From positions 352,001-416,000 of the forward strand of contig CM000207.1 of assembly GCA_000002445.1 (NCBI GenBank): a stretch of DNA of 64,000 nt, in the 5' to 3' direction. The position numbers were made by a program, and so were the translations under genes. This DNA comes from Trypanosoma brucei (lineage: Eukaryota). Shown here piece after piece: positions 51,012 to 61,926 of the stretch. Position 1 is the first letter of the stretch; every line of letters starts with the position of its first letter. Under the pieces are notes generated by a model. It saw only the letters and a program-made list of their open reading frames with translations. It was not told the DNA's origin and searched no databases.

Positions 51012-54000
51012 CTAAACGAACCCAAACTCATACATATGGTGGAGTGACACCTCCAACTTCTCCCGCATAGTGGCCGCGGAACTGTATGGCTGCAACAGCA
51101 GCGAGATGGGTGAACACGTGTGGGCCGTTGGAACGGCAGCGGGGTCATCCCCACACGATACCTGCACTTTTTCAGGCAATGGAACACGGCGCTGCCCACT
51201 GCAGAACAGCAAAAACATTGCACGCTGCCTGTTGCTCATGCCACGCACCACTTCAACGAGCATATCACAAACAGCTTTAGTTAACAAAGAAACATCTAGC
51301 GACGACATCACATCCTCGGCTGTTGCGCATGGTGAACCACAGACCCGCTGCTGCAGGTCGTCCCAGCGAATTAGTTGGAGAGAGTGAGAAGGAACAACAG
51401 AGGTAACACCCAGTCGCATGGCAGATAACAACTCGTCGTACTGGTGGACCAACGCTCGCCCTACCTCCGTGCGGCGCCTTTCAACTTCGATGCTCTTGCA
51501 CAAACCCTGCGAAGTAACAACGGCACCTTCCGAGAAACACCCTTTCGGGAATGCAGGTGCTAAAGATCGTTTGGAGCGCAGCGCCCCCACAGTATCAGAG
51601 GCAGCACAAACCAGCCCCCATTCAATCACAGGTATAGAATAATAAAACTCGTCATTGAGAAGAAAATCATCGTCTTCAAGAGCTCCGCGCACGCTGTCAT
51701 CAATGTCGGCGTAGTAGTCTTTTACAGTAACCTCGTCAAAGGTAAGGAACATCCACACGAGACGCGGCAGCGTTATTGAAAGCATCACGTAGCCACTCAA
51801 TGTGATGTTTCCAATTAGCTTCCCAAACCATGTAAAAAATTGCAGGAACAGCTGTCGGTGGTTGGGATTACTCCTGTAGAAATCGATGTTTGGCACCAGA
51901 GTCACCATAGTGCTGTGGCTTGATAGTTTGAAGAATGGAAGCAGTGGTTCCATACGACGCCCACCTTCGTCCTCACGGTACTGCAATTCATCGCACATCA
52001 TCGAAACTACAGAACGCGTTACACCACCCGCATCGTCCGCCACCTCGCCAGAAAGGCGGGTAGTAAACATGACAGCGTCACGGTAAATATCGGCATCATG
52101 CGTCTGATGAAATAATTGGCCGGTGACGCTCTTATCGAACAGAGTAATGAAGTCAAGAGTCTCACCATGCTCTAGCACGCCTTTAGCCTCCTTAAGATCA
52201 ATCAAAACATGCCGATGCCGCTTGACGTTGTTGCGGAGCAACCGACGGTCGATCTGTCGCTCTACGATAGCCCACCGCGCAGCAAAAAATAGGAGGCGAC
52301 GTACTTTTTCATAGTTTCTCATTAGAAACTGTGAGTTACGAAATATGTTGTGACTTTTCGCCACACTTACAGCTAGTGAGTTGATGGAACGTAGGTGTTG
52401 CAAGTAAGGCTTCAACTTGTACAGTGACCCGCCGCCAACTTCGGAAGACAAAAGAGGATAATTACGTAGCGCCTCACGCCCACCCTCCATCCATGTGTCG
52501 GTCTCTGCCAAAGAATCCACCGTAAACCCACAGTTCACAACATCGTTCACCAAATCACAGAGCTGCACGTAAAAGTCAAAGCATTGAGGTTTTACGGAAC
52601 TTTCTAGCCTTCCTCCCTCTTCGCCACATCCTGGGCTGAAGTCTTTGTAGCCTTCTGGCTTAAACTGCGTGTAGCTGAGTCGCACCAAAACACCGTGTGG
52701 ATCCATGGCTGCACTGACATAGGGGTAAATGGCCTCTCCTTTCCCTTGAGTCGACACAGCGATCCATGTGAGTTCTTCCCCGTTGACACTCCAGCACATC
52801 ATCATAGTATCAAGATCCAAAAGTGTACCAATAATATCACCGCCAACAATTGGTCGTGGTGTTACTAAAGCCTGTTCACCAGTCATTATGCGCAGCCGGT
52901 CTTGGCAATTAAACCCCCACGAATGGATGTCGCTTCCAACATGCTGTCCACTGCTGACCACTTCATGTTGTATTGTACCCCACCCCATAACGATTGTTTT
53001 GCCGCGCTCGTCAAAGTTTGGTGGTAGTACCACTTCATAATAGTAACGCCCACCCTTGTTACCAAGCACCCCCACACTTCCTCGTACTTGTCCTACTATT
53101 AGCTCGCCACCACTCCCCATCCTCGTGTCAGGAAGCTCCACAACGTACGGGAATGTGTCAGGTGACGGCTCATCGAATAGAGCAGGAAGACGTTGACTCC
53201 TTTCCATCCGCTCTCCGACCTCGATTAGCCAACTTGTAAGTGTTACATCTGCACTAATGGATGCGTTAACGCCTCGTAAGGAGGCGTGCACCATAAGCTG
53301 CTGTTGATTGGCAACCACAGGAACCATGGTGATTACCTCCCGCAGGCACTGCACATTAAGTTTCTGCCCAGATGCCTCCTCTAACAACAGGTTAAGGGCG
53401 GCGTAGCATACTTCACGGAACGTACGGTCACCACCCCCTCGAACGGCGTTGAGCGACAAGGCATACAACAGGTAGTGGCGTTGCTTCTGGAATGGTGTGT
53501 TGCAATTCATCAGCACGCGGGCTATGGAGGACAGCGACCACACCATCTGCTCACTCCTTTTGCCGGAAAGCAGAATTTGCAAACAGGAAGTAAATATACT
53601 TTGAGCGGCATCGGTGGTAACTTTTCTCAGCTGTGTAAGCCAGGTATCCTCAATCACGCGGAGGCGGCACAGAACACTAAACTTCGCCAACCCCTTTGGT
53701 GCAAGATTCGGTCCCCAACTGCAGACGATACGACTGCAGAAGTAAATAATCGCGGGAATGACTGCACGATAACCCCGCCCATCCTGTTTTTGCTCTTGTA
53801 TTGGGTTTACCTTCAACGACAGGCAACCGCTTTCAAATTGACCGTCGTCGTCAGAGGAGTGCATGAGGGGGGGGACGTAGCGGGTAAGATCACCGGCCTG
53901 CGGTGACACGGCCAACACAGCATCCAGCATCTTACGAAATGAGTACGCAGTGCTCTTCATGTCGGTGTACGACTGTTTTTCACTTCCAAAAGAAACAAAC

Positions 54001-57000
54001 CAGCTCATCCTATCTCCAGCGCCAACGAGTTTCGCCTCTGCCACACCAACATGCTTCTCCTCGGGTAACCACAAAGTCTCCTTCTGGCACTGTTCGCATA
54101 AGTACCGTGACTCAAACTGAATGAAAGAAATGTACTCACGCATTTTCCCGCACTGAGTGCAAAACGCTTGCTTGTTGTCGCTAACTGTTGATGCATCAGT
54201 AGAACCCAAACACAAGCGCATGTTGCCACACGTCGTACATACTTTGTTGTGATTTGAATTAAAGGCGTAGCTGCACAACATGCATGTCCACGTGGCTCCT
54301 GGGCGTGCTGTGGTGCACATTGCGCAGCGTGTAGAGTCTGAAAGGTTAATGAACGTGCACACTGCGCACGTCCACTCTTCCTCCGCCCTGTTAACATTGT
54401 TTGGTCTTTCCATACACTTGTACACGCAACGCCCACGCAAATGGTGACTTGAAACGTACTTCCCGCTAAAAGAAAAGGGTCCATGGGTATCAGCTCCTTC
54501 GCCTTCAACCTCATTTCCCGCGGTGACACGCAAAGTTACACAGACGCCCTCCTCAACCAGGAGCCACTCACAGGCGAAGCCAACAAAGGGAGAGGGAAGA
54601 CCGAGTCGCTGCATTACATGGTGAAGGGTTACACAAAGACTGTACGGGGCGGCGTGGCCCTCGCCCGCACAGTGGCCCCATTCCTCATCACAGACCGGAC
54701 AGCGGAGGTATACGATTTTTTCCGCCTCACCGGCATGCTCGTCTGCACGGGCATTGCCATCATCCGATCCACCCTCGCCACACTCGCTATATACATTATC
54801 ATCAATATCTTTCTTGTTGGAAATAGTCATACAGAGCTTGTCGTTGTCCGGTAACAACATCAACTCGTTCCACGCCTCCAACAAAATCTGCGACCCGTTA
54901 GGATGAACAGTATCCGGCATGGCCAGTATGCGAATGAATTGGCTTAACAACAGCCGCTGCGTCTCTTTGTCCCACAGTGTTACCTCCCCCATGTCTAACT
55001 CTGACAGAAGTCGAAGTGCGCAAATAAACGTTTTCGTCGAGTGGATGTAAACGATCTCATTGTTGTGCTCATCTGTGGTAAAACTAATAGACCTTGATAA
55101 GACACCCATAATCTCATTCGCAAGTAACCCCAGGGGAAGATCACCACTTACCACCGATTCATAATTTGGTTCTATTGCTACAGCAGGAACCGTGATGCTT
55201 CCACTACCACCTTCTCCTAAAACAATTTCGGCAAGAGAGCCCTTCTGTCTCACCAAGCGGACATCGAACGACCCTTTAATCTCTCCACGCGGCGGTCCAG
55301 TATAGGTAAACGACATTTCATCCCCGTCAGCACCCAAAACTTGAAGAGCCACAATTTCGTCCTGTCTCAACATTTGGGAAAGAAGCGGCACTAGAACAGA
55401 ATCCCAGCAACTGAGCATCGCCCGCATAACAAGTCGGGCACGGATGCCCGTTTCACAGGGCATGTACATCCACGAAGAAGTGGCGTCTTTATTATACATC
55501 TCCACAAACGGAAAGACAACCTTCACAGCAGATGGAATGTTTGTATAGAGAGTTCCCAATGGTAACTCATTGCGCCCAAAAGATATGCACCGTGCCTTTG
55601 TGTCAACTGTAACGGTAATTATATCACCTGAGCCAAAGATAATGCCATCTTTCTTCAGCATCCAGTGCTTAGAGTGTCGAAATAATTCAACACGGGCAGA
55701 TGGTGCCTCGACATCCGCAAAGTAATCCGTTATCGCGTAAACATGGTTCATGTCTTGCCGCGTTCCAGGATGTTGCTCAAGTTCTGTGCTTGTGGGGAGC
55801 GAATCATGGCAAGCAACGCCAACGTAGTAAAGGCGACCAAGAGAATCAAACTCAAAACCTCGTCTAACACGTACGGAAAACGACACAACATCGCCCAACG
55901 AACCGTCCAAAGGTATACCTTGTGATGCGAAGGAGGTGGTGTTCTGCACACCCCGGGAACTGCACTCCTCCGCTGTCAGTGATTTAACATGTCGACCGCC
56001 TGAAACAACGCGGAGGTCAGTTGCCGCGCTCGTTGTTGTGAAAAATGGTTTGTATACAGGGGCAGTAACCTGTCGAGAGAGTTGGCAGCAGCAATCCCAC
56101 AAGGGTATTGGATTGTACGTGGTGATGTCGAAGTTGCGGCCCGGTTCCTGCAGCACGACGTGTATTGTTGTCAGTGCTGCGCATCGTGCGCGCTCACCAG
56201 CCTCCTCACAGCAGACCACCTTTGTTAACGTACTGAGTATGTCCGCTGGGTGGGAAGAACAGTAAATTGCGGTACGCATAATGGTGATGTAGTCCATGAG
56301 AAAGCGGTGGTACACAAAAGAGGCAGCGCTCCGTTTCACTCGTTCAGTAGCATCATTAACATCATCAAGGAGTGAGAGATGCTTGATAGAATCAATAAGG
56401 CTTTCCACATTTTGACGCAGCCTGCAACAGCAACCGTCAATGAACCCCCTCCATGCCTCCTCGGAGTGGATGTGCCTTCTGCCAGAAGCGGTCCGATTCT
56501 TCACTTGCAACGAAGAGGAGGTGGGAGGGCTACTAACTCCACTTACCGACCGGTGAGCCTGAGCAAATCGCCGAGTACAGAGAGAAATCAAATAGGCGAA
56601 AACGAGAGTCGCGAACATAGAAATAAAGTGGCGGGTGGGTAGGCAATCACTACAAATTGATGCATCCCCTTTTCCTACCAAGCTGGCTGCGACAGTGGCA
56701 TCAATCGAACCAAGAACACTCAGCTCATCTGACCTAAACGAAATCCGAACGGCTTTCCCTTCCAAAGATAGTGAATCCGTAACGCCCACAAGAAGGTACA
56801 GCGCACGTGGGGGCGCTGGGAAAGAGGCAAAGCAGACGCCGTTCACAAGCAAACAAACCGCGCGCGTGGAAGTTTTGGGCGAAAAAGGGAAGCAAAACGT
56901 AACCCTGTCACCACGGGAAAGGGGCGGCAGAGAAAACACACGGTTTGCGTGACGAAGTTTTCCGCTGTGTGGTTCAAAATAAAACCCCAGTGGATCGCCT

Positions 57001-59945
57001 TCAACAATGTTACTCGTCACACCTGGGTGCTGTCCTGATGCGAGGGCAACAATCAACTCCTTTGACGGCATCGCCGTCAGGTTAATATCTGCGGCGTAGA
57101 GCATTGAAGAGGCAGCATTTGACGACGAAACGAGCGGCGGCGGCCGTGGTGATGAAAGCACCGAGGAAGGAAGAGTAGACGATATTGAAACGGTAGTTGA
57201 CGACAAGGAGAAAAGCTGAATGCTGGGAAAATACAACGGGGTGGAAGTGCTGCAAGCAGGTTCCCGGCCAGAAGGAACCCAGACGCCCAAACCACGCTCG
57301 CTGGCGCCGACCATGGTGAGCCCAACGAAGGTACCACCGTCATTCCCACCGTCACATTGCACCCTATCCCCTGTTTGTCCGCCATGTCTATGGACATCGC
57401 AATCCCCTATAAGGGCCCGCACGGACTCAATCACACTGTTCTCCTCCACTTCGTCCACCTTAAACGACGCAGTGCGCGCAAAATCGGTGAAACTGGGGAG
57501 GAGTCCCTCTACCTGACTAATAATTTTGTCCCAGATAAAGTCCAAATCCCTCTCATCCAACGGCGTTGCAAGTAGCGAAAGACTAATGAGCGCGAACGGA
57601 CCAAATTTATCCGTATCCCACAGGAACCGATGGGGCCCAAGTCTCCGCTGTTCTCCCTCAGGCATTGACATTACGTGCTGAAGCGCGGCAAATACGGCAG
57701 TGAACAATCGGTGTACCAAAACACGAATCTGTTCAGTCAAAACCTCTCCACAACCACTGAACCGCATCAGGTAGTGGTCACTTTCGTACATCATGAGGTC
57801 GCGAAGGAGGCTCACTACGCGGAACATATCCTGCGGAACGAAGCTTTCCTCCGCGCGCAGCAAAAGAAGCAAGGCACTTATGCACGTTCTCGCTCGCTCA
57901 GATTGTGTTGACAGATAATCACGCAGCTGAGCAACAGTAGCGGTGGATGAAAGAAGAGCAACGGTTCCTTCCACAATCTGCGTTGTTGACAGCTTGCAGG
58001 ATGATGCATGCTCGGAAGCAAACGCAGCCACGTCGGTGGCATCGGGATTCCCCCCAATCACACTGCTCGCAAGGCTAACGCGCTTCACAACATCCTGCCA
58101 AACCCATGACCCCCATGTTACTTGATCCGGCTCCCGCTCAGCAATGATGCTTCCAATCATACATAGCGCGGCACGAACGCCCCGCACATCACTCTGACGG
58201 CAAGAAATTCGCCTTCGCAGAGCACCGTCATCCATTTTTGCTATTTCCTTCAGCAGCGGTGGCAATTCCCTTGTCTCCACCCGAGGTTGCAGACCATTTG
58301 AGAACAGCATGATCGATTCCTCCCTCAGGTTTGTTGCGACGGGTGGACACTTTATTTGCTGCAGGAGATGGGTGGCGATTTCTAACTGGGCAGAACTTAA
58401 GGCGGCTCGAAACTCCTCTGCCCACCGACCATTCACTTCCACACACATCTCCAGCCGCACCTCCGCCTCCAACATAGGAACTCGAGCGCCTTCGTAACCC
58501 CTGCGGTACCTCAAGACACAACTGCAACCACCAATAAGTTCATGGGTCGCCTCCTCAACCGGCTCAAACCAAACTACGTTGGTTGATCGACGCGTCTCAC
58601 CGGCATCATCGCCGGTGCTCCCACCCCCAAGGGATGCATGCGGAATTAGTGCAATCTGCACATCATCACAATTTAACGCTTTCCGGACATGTACAGTGAC
58701 CTTCCGCGCCAGGGGAGCCACCAGAAACACTTCCGTTGTCTTCGCTAGCTCACTAGCAGGTGGGTTAAGTTCTAACGATCCGGCTTGTACCTTCGGCAGT
58801 TCAGTTTCAGCTGCACTAGTCCTTATTGCCGAGGGCTCATCTAGTCCCACCGGTAAGCGTCCCTCACCCAGTTGTGTATTTGAGGGAGACACCGAAGTCG
58901 ACTCGTTACGAGGTCCCACCTCAAGAGAGAGTACATACTTGGTCACGAAAGTCGCGGTTGACAACGAGCCGCGATTGGAACCACAGGGACGGGGTGGTCC
59001 CCGAACTCTTTCCAATATATGCGCCACATCCGCCGTGTCAGCCTCATCCAGCTTTGTGAAGCGCGTGATGTGAAGGATTGGCAGCACTACGTTGAAACCA
59101 AATATATCATTCTCCCCAGGAGTTTTGGATGACTCATTCCACCGGTCGAGCACCTCGCGTAGAATGCCAAGAAAAGCCACGGCGCTCCTTTTGTGGTGCA
59201 GCGCTTGCCCAGACAGGGATGCAGCTGTTGATACGAGCTGTTTTTGGCCATCGTTCTGCGGGGACGCCACCACCTCAACCATCTCCCTAATCCTCCCCTG
59301 CAGCCAACGCTCGTCTTGTCTCCCCTTAAGGTATGGAACCACCCAATTTAACGGGGCAAATCCTCGTCTTTCAGGGCTTACCATGGCTTCGCCACGAGGA
59401 ACATCTACACAGATTAAGGCCGATTCCGACAATCGACGTTGTGTCTTCTGGTTCATTGCTTCCCCACTGCCAGGCGCCCGACGCTCATTACATACGGACG
59501 AACTTTGCACCTCTAACTGACTGGATGGTAGCGTCGGATTTTCGAGGCATTGCTCTTGTGGAACCACGGCAGCTCTTTCACGTATAGATTGCAGCGCCTT
59601 TTGAAAGAGGGACGCACGCAACCAGTGACATGTCACCTGGTCCCAGCAAAACTCTGGGCGGACTGTTCTAACTATTTCAGCCACAGTATCATATATGACG
59701 CGGGCAAGCTGCATATCATCATTGTCGGACTGCGATACGCACGGCACCTTGAGCGGCCTAGCGCCCAAAGAGGCATCAAGGCCGAACTGAAGAAGCGGCC
59801 AAGCCAATTGGCAAAGGCGGTCAAGTGGAATGCTCATCATGTCGGCAATGGGGAAATCGATCACCTCCCCCGACGTAAGGCAGTGGCGAACGAAGCGACC
59901 CTGTGTCTGCTCTGGGAGTTCACCGGTTTGTTGCGACGTAATCAT
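51012..59945 (-). CDS. giant HECT-domain E3 ubiquitin ligase (about 2977 aa) with two SPRY domains and RanBP2-type zinc fingers (HERC1/HECTD-like architecture)
   Basis: C-terminal HECT domain with the catalytic-Cys motif VPTAHTCSPISLLLQPYSS...EFGFV (plus-strand approx. 51012-52060). SPRY domains lie at approx. 55450-55925 (GRLYYVGVACHD...GIIFGSGDIITVTVD) and approx. 52700-53060 (GGRYYYEVVLPP...WGFNCQDR...GDIIGTLLDLD). RanBP2-type zinc fingers (EWTCAVCTFINLSDSTRCAMC; TWTCMLCSYAFNSNHNKVCTTCG) lie at approx. 54130-54410. The ORF-track start at 60024-60026 is GTG; the first ATG is at 59943-59945. A polypyrimidine tract plus AG precedes it. Confidence 0.85.
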   Translation of the reverse strand: MITSQQTGELPEQTQGRFVRHCLTSGEVIDFPIADMMSIPLDRLCQLAWPLLQFGLDASLGARPLKVPCVSQSDNDDMQLARVIYDTVAEIVRTVRPEFCWDQVTCHWLRASLFQKALQSIRERAAVVPQEQCLENPTLPSSQLEVQSSSVCNERRAPGSGEAMNQKTQRRLSESALICVDVPRGEAMVSPERRGFAPLNWVVPYLKGRQDERWLQGRIREMVEVVASPQNDGQKQLVSTAASLSGQALHHKRSAVAFLGILREVLDRWNESSKTPGENDIFGFNVVLPILHITRFTKLDEADTADVAHILERVRGPPRPCGSNRGSLSTATFVTKYVLSLEVGPRNESTSVSPSNTQLGEGRLPVGLDEPSAIRTSAAETELPKVQAGSLELNPPASELAKTTEVFLVAPLARKVTVHVRKALNCDDVQIALIPHASLGGGSTGDDAGETRRSTNVVWFEPVEEATHELIGGCSCVLRYRRGYEGARVPMLEAEVRLEMCVEVNGRWAEEFRAALSSAQLEIATHLLQQIKCPPVATNLREESIMLFSNGLQPRVETRELPPLLKEIAKMDDGALRRRISCRQSDVRGVRAALCMIGSIIAEREPDQVTWGSWVWQDVVKRVSLASSVIGGNPDATDVAAFASEHASSCKLSTTQIVEGTVALLSSTATVAQLRDYLSTQSERARTCISALLLLLRAEESFVPQDMFRVVSLLRDLMMYESDHYLMRFSGCGEVLTEQIRVLVHRLFTAVFAALQHVMSMPEGEQRRLGPHRFLWDTDKFGPFALISLSLLATPLDERDLDFIWDKIISQVEGLLPSFTDFARTASFKVDEVEENSVIESVRALIGDCDVHRHGGQTGDRVQCDGGNDGGTFVGLTMVGASERGLGVWVPSGREPACSTSTPLYFPSIQLFSLSSTTVSISSTLPSSVLSSPRPPPLVSSSNAASSMLYAADINLTAMPSKELIVALASGQHPGVTSNIVEGDPLGFYFEPHSGKLRHANRVFSLPPLSRGDRVTFCFPFSPKTSTRAVCLLVNGVCFASFPAPPRALYLLVGVTDSLSLEGKAVRISFRSDELSVLGSIDATVAASLVGKGDASICSDCLPTRHFISMFATLVFAYLISLCTRRFAQAHRSVSGVSSPPTSSSLQVKNRTASGRRHIHSEEAWRGFIDGCCCRLRQNVESLIDSIKHLSLLDDVNDATERVKRSAASFVYHRFLMDYITIMRTAIYCSSHPADILSTLTKVVCCEEAGERARCAALTTIHVVLQEPGRNFDITTYNPIPLWDCCCQLSRQVTAPVYKPFFTTTSAATDLRVVSGGRHVKSLTAEECSSRGVQNTTSFASQGIPLDGSLGDVVSFSVRVRRGFEFDSLGRLYYVGVACHDSLPTSTELEQHPGTRQDMNHVYAITDYFADVEAPSARVELFRHSKHWMLKKDGIIFGSGDIITVTVDTKARCISFGRNELPLGTLYTNIPSAVKVVFPFVEMYNKDATSSWMYMPCETGIRARLVMRAMLSCWDSVLVPLLSQMLRQDEIVALQVLGADGDEMSFTYTGPPRGEIKGSFDVRLVRQKGSLAEIVLGEGGSGSITVPAVAIEPNYESVVSGDLPLGLLANEIMGVLSRSISFTTDEHNNEIVYIHSTKTFICALRLLSELDMGEVTLWDKETQRLLLSQFIRILAMPDTVHPNGSQILLEAWNELMLLPDNDKLCMTISNKKDIDDNVYSECGEGGSDDGNARADEHAGEAEKIVYLRCPVCDEEWGHCAGEGHAAPYSLCVTLHHVMQRLGLPSPFVGFACEWLLVEEGVCVTLRVTAGNEVEGEGADTHGPFSFSGKYVSSHHLRGRCVYKCMERPNNVNRAEEEWTCAVCTFINLSDSTRCAMCTTARPGATWTCMLCSYAFNSNHNKVCTTCGNMRLCLGSTDASTVSDNKQAFCTQCGKMREYISFIQFESRYLCEQCQKETLWLPEEKHVGVAEAKLVGAGDRMSWFVSFGSEKQSYTDMKSTAYSFRKMLDAVLAVSPQAGDLTRYVPPLMHSSDDDGQFESGCLSLKVNPIQEQKQDGRGYRAVIPAIIYFCSRIVCSWGPNLAPKGLAKFSVLCRLRVIEDTWLTQLRKVTTDAAQSIFTSCLQILLSGKRSEQMVWSLSSIARVLMNCNTPFQKQRHYLLYALSLNAVRGGGDRTFREVCYAALNLLLEEASGQKLNVQCLREVITMVPVVANQQQLMVHASLRGVNASISADVTLTSWLIEVGERMERSQRLPALFDEPSPDTFPYVVELPDTRMGSGGELIVGQVRGSVGVLGNKGGRYYYEVVLPPNFDERGKTIVMGWGTIQHEVVSSGQHVGSDIHSWGFNCQDRLRIMTGEQALVTPRPIVGGDIIGTLLDLDTMMMCWSVNGEELTWIAVSTQGKGEAIYPYVSAAMDPHGVLVRLSYTQFKPEGYKDFSPGCGEEGGRLESSVKPQCFDFYVQLCDLVNDVVNCGFTVDSLAETDTWMEGGREALRNYPLLSSEVGGGSLYKLKPYLQHLRSINSLAVSVAKSHNIFRNSQFLMRNYEKVRRLLFFAARWAIVERQIDRRLLRNNVKRHRHVLIDLKEAKGVLEHGETLDFITLFDKSVTGQLFHQTHDADIYRDAVMFTTRLSGEVADDAGGVTRSVVSMMCDELQYREDEGGRRMEPLLPFFKLSSHSTMVTLVPNIDFYRSNPNHRQLFLQFFTWFGKLIGNITLSGYVMLSITLPRLVWMFLTFDEVTVKDYYADIDDSVRGALEDDDFLLNDEFYYSIPVIEWGLVCAASDTVGALRSKRSLAPAFPKGCFSEGAVVTSQGLCKSIEVERRRTEVGRALVHQYDELLSAMRLGVTSVVPSHSLQLIRWDDLQQRVCGSPCATAEDVMSSLDVSLLTKAVCDMLVEVVRGMSNRQRAMFLLFCSGQRRVPLPEKVQVSCGDDPAAVPTAHTCSPISLLLQPYSSAATMREKLEVSLHHMYEFGFV

Positions 59946-59965
59946 TTCAGAAAGCAAACAATGCA

Positions 59966-60002
59966 CTGAAGGAACAATAACCCCCCCCAAAAAAAAAACA
60001 AG
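59966..60002 (-). promoter_or_regulatory. polypyrimidine tract plus AG dinucleotide: candidate spliced-leader trans-splice acceptor for the HECT ligase gene
   Basis: Minus strand reads cttgtttttttttttggggggggttattgttccttcAG, followed 20 nt later by the first ATG (59943-59945). This is the standard kinetoplastid pre-mRNA processing signal. Confidence 0.5.
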
Positions 60003-61926
60003 ATGACGAATCAACAGGGTCGGCACGGAGCGAAATGAAATGTCGATCCCTAAGTAAAAAAAAACAAACTTACTTCTACCAGTTTGTTTTCGTTGACGAC
60101 CACCACTGCCCCCTTAGTTACACTACTAACCGATGCTGGTATACGTGTAATATATATATATATATATTTTATTTATTTAGAGATGTACACTTCCCCTTCC
60201 ACCTACTCACTACCAGATACGACAACCTCCCGCAGTCTTGTCGAACACAAAATACAGGCAAACACTGCACACTCGCACCTTTAAAAAAATGCACCGCGAA
60301 TACCAGTGTGTTCAGCCCCTAGATCTTCGAAACGAATAACACAGAGCACAGTTAGAGAATAGCAATAATAAAAAAAAAGCGTGGCGAGCGGCAAAGCAAT
60401 ATAAGAAGGCAGTTGGTAACGACGAGGAGGCGGTTTCCCCCGCCACAACCACATATATATATATATATATTTATTTATATATTATACGTTCGTACCCTTT
60501 CCGCTTTGCAACATTGAGAAGGACCGGGTTGTCCCACCTTTTGAGGTAGTGAGACTGCCGCACTCGCTCCAAACCAGCTAAATTCGAGATTCTGTGTAGT
60601 GGTTTGGAAAAAAAAAAGAGTTCGGAACCATACAAATAAACACAATAATCACCTTATATCTCAAATGATGGGACAGATGAAGTGGAACCGGTGCGGTTTA
60701 GGTGAAGAGCCTGCACCACCGCTCCCTAACAAAATGCGTATACAACTCCTCTAACCAAACAAATAACTGTGGTGAGTCGAGAAACCATTACGCAACAAGC
60801 AAAAGTGTAAGCATACGTCCATGCTTACATTCATTCATTCAGTGGGATCCCGCGAATCCCTACGCTCATTTCGCACCCAACCGCAGTATTCACAAGGTCT
60901 CGAAAACCGGTTAGAGGTTCCAACAATATTCCGCGCACACCAAATACGCACTTAGATTGCCATGAGCAACCCCAACGAAATGATTTGTCCCTTCCCTCTT
61001 TTTTTAAAAAAAAAAGATACAACTTCGGGCACAGCAACGTATTACACACAAGGAAATGGCACCATCCACGGTGCAATCGGGAAGCATACCCAACAGGAAC
61101 ATTATGCGGTAACTAAACCGCACACGTTGGCATTGCCCCGAGGTGCCCTCCATGACACGTCACAAATTCATGATGCACCACCTTCTCATATTTTTGTTTT
61201 TTTATTTATTTTTAGGTGCGGTTGGCAGCTCGAGTGACAATCCACGTTGTTAAATGCCGGCAAGTTGTACCCCTTCCGATTTCGCCTTCGGGTAAAACAA
61301 ACAAACAAAAAACCTTGCCCTGCGTCAGTTATCTCCCGTCCCCACATACAGATGCACGCACACACACAGGAGGAGTACAACAAATTCTACACCATAAGCA
61401 AAATATTCCATATGAATAGGGGCGGTGCTTGCCAGCACATTGTGGGTAATCAAATATAAAATGGCCCACATCAGCGATTTTGGTACGGAATGGATGTCTT
61501 ATGCGGAACCCTCTACTCGCACTTCCTTGGTAAACCTTTTTTTTTTACAAACATGCAAGTACAGTGGTGGTTTTAATTATTTTTTTTTCTACTGCGCCAA
61601 AAAACTGCCTTGTTTATGTCAATCACATCCGCAAATAAATTCTTTTTTTTTCGGTGCCGTAATGATCTAAACTGTACGAAATACGGCTGAAAAGAGACTT
61701 TGAGGGGCTGTTTCGCCCACGCTGGGCACCGATCGAAGCACTAAAAAAAAAAACGTTGATGCAGAGAGGATTCCAGTAGACCACAAACACGGTTCTCTGA
61801 AAGGGACCCGCTAAACACAAAGAGTGATTAAAGGAGTTTGGCAATTCCACAGAAAGCACGTTAGGATAGTATCTGAAAGTGGGAAAACGCCAAATGGCAC
61901 AAAGACCAAAACGGCCGGGCCGGTGC

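Noticed and set aside
25286-60026. Apparent clustering of ubiquitin-system genes (BRCC36 deubiquitinase, MATH-BTB, HECT E3) as a functional locus
   Set aside because: Kinetoplastid polycistronic units are not operons and gene order does not reflect function. The three genes are separated by unrelated genes (PXMP4, MCM10, the FN3 giant).
60660-60790. Possible C/D-box snoRNA (ATGATGG motif near 60664) in the 1.9-kb spacer between SLY1 and the HECT gene
   Set aside because: I found no convincing D box (CUGA) at the expected distance and no terminal stem or obvious rRNA-complementary guide. The motif is on the plus strand, antisense to the transcription unit. Too weak to call.
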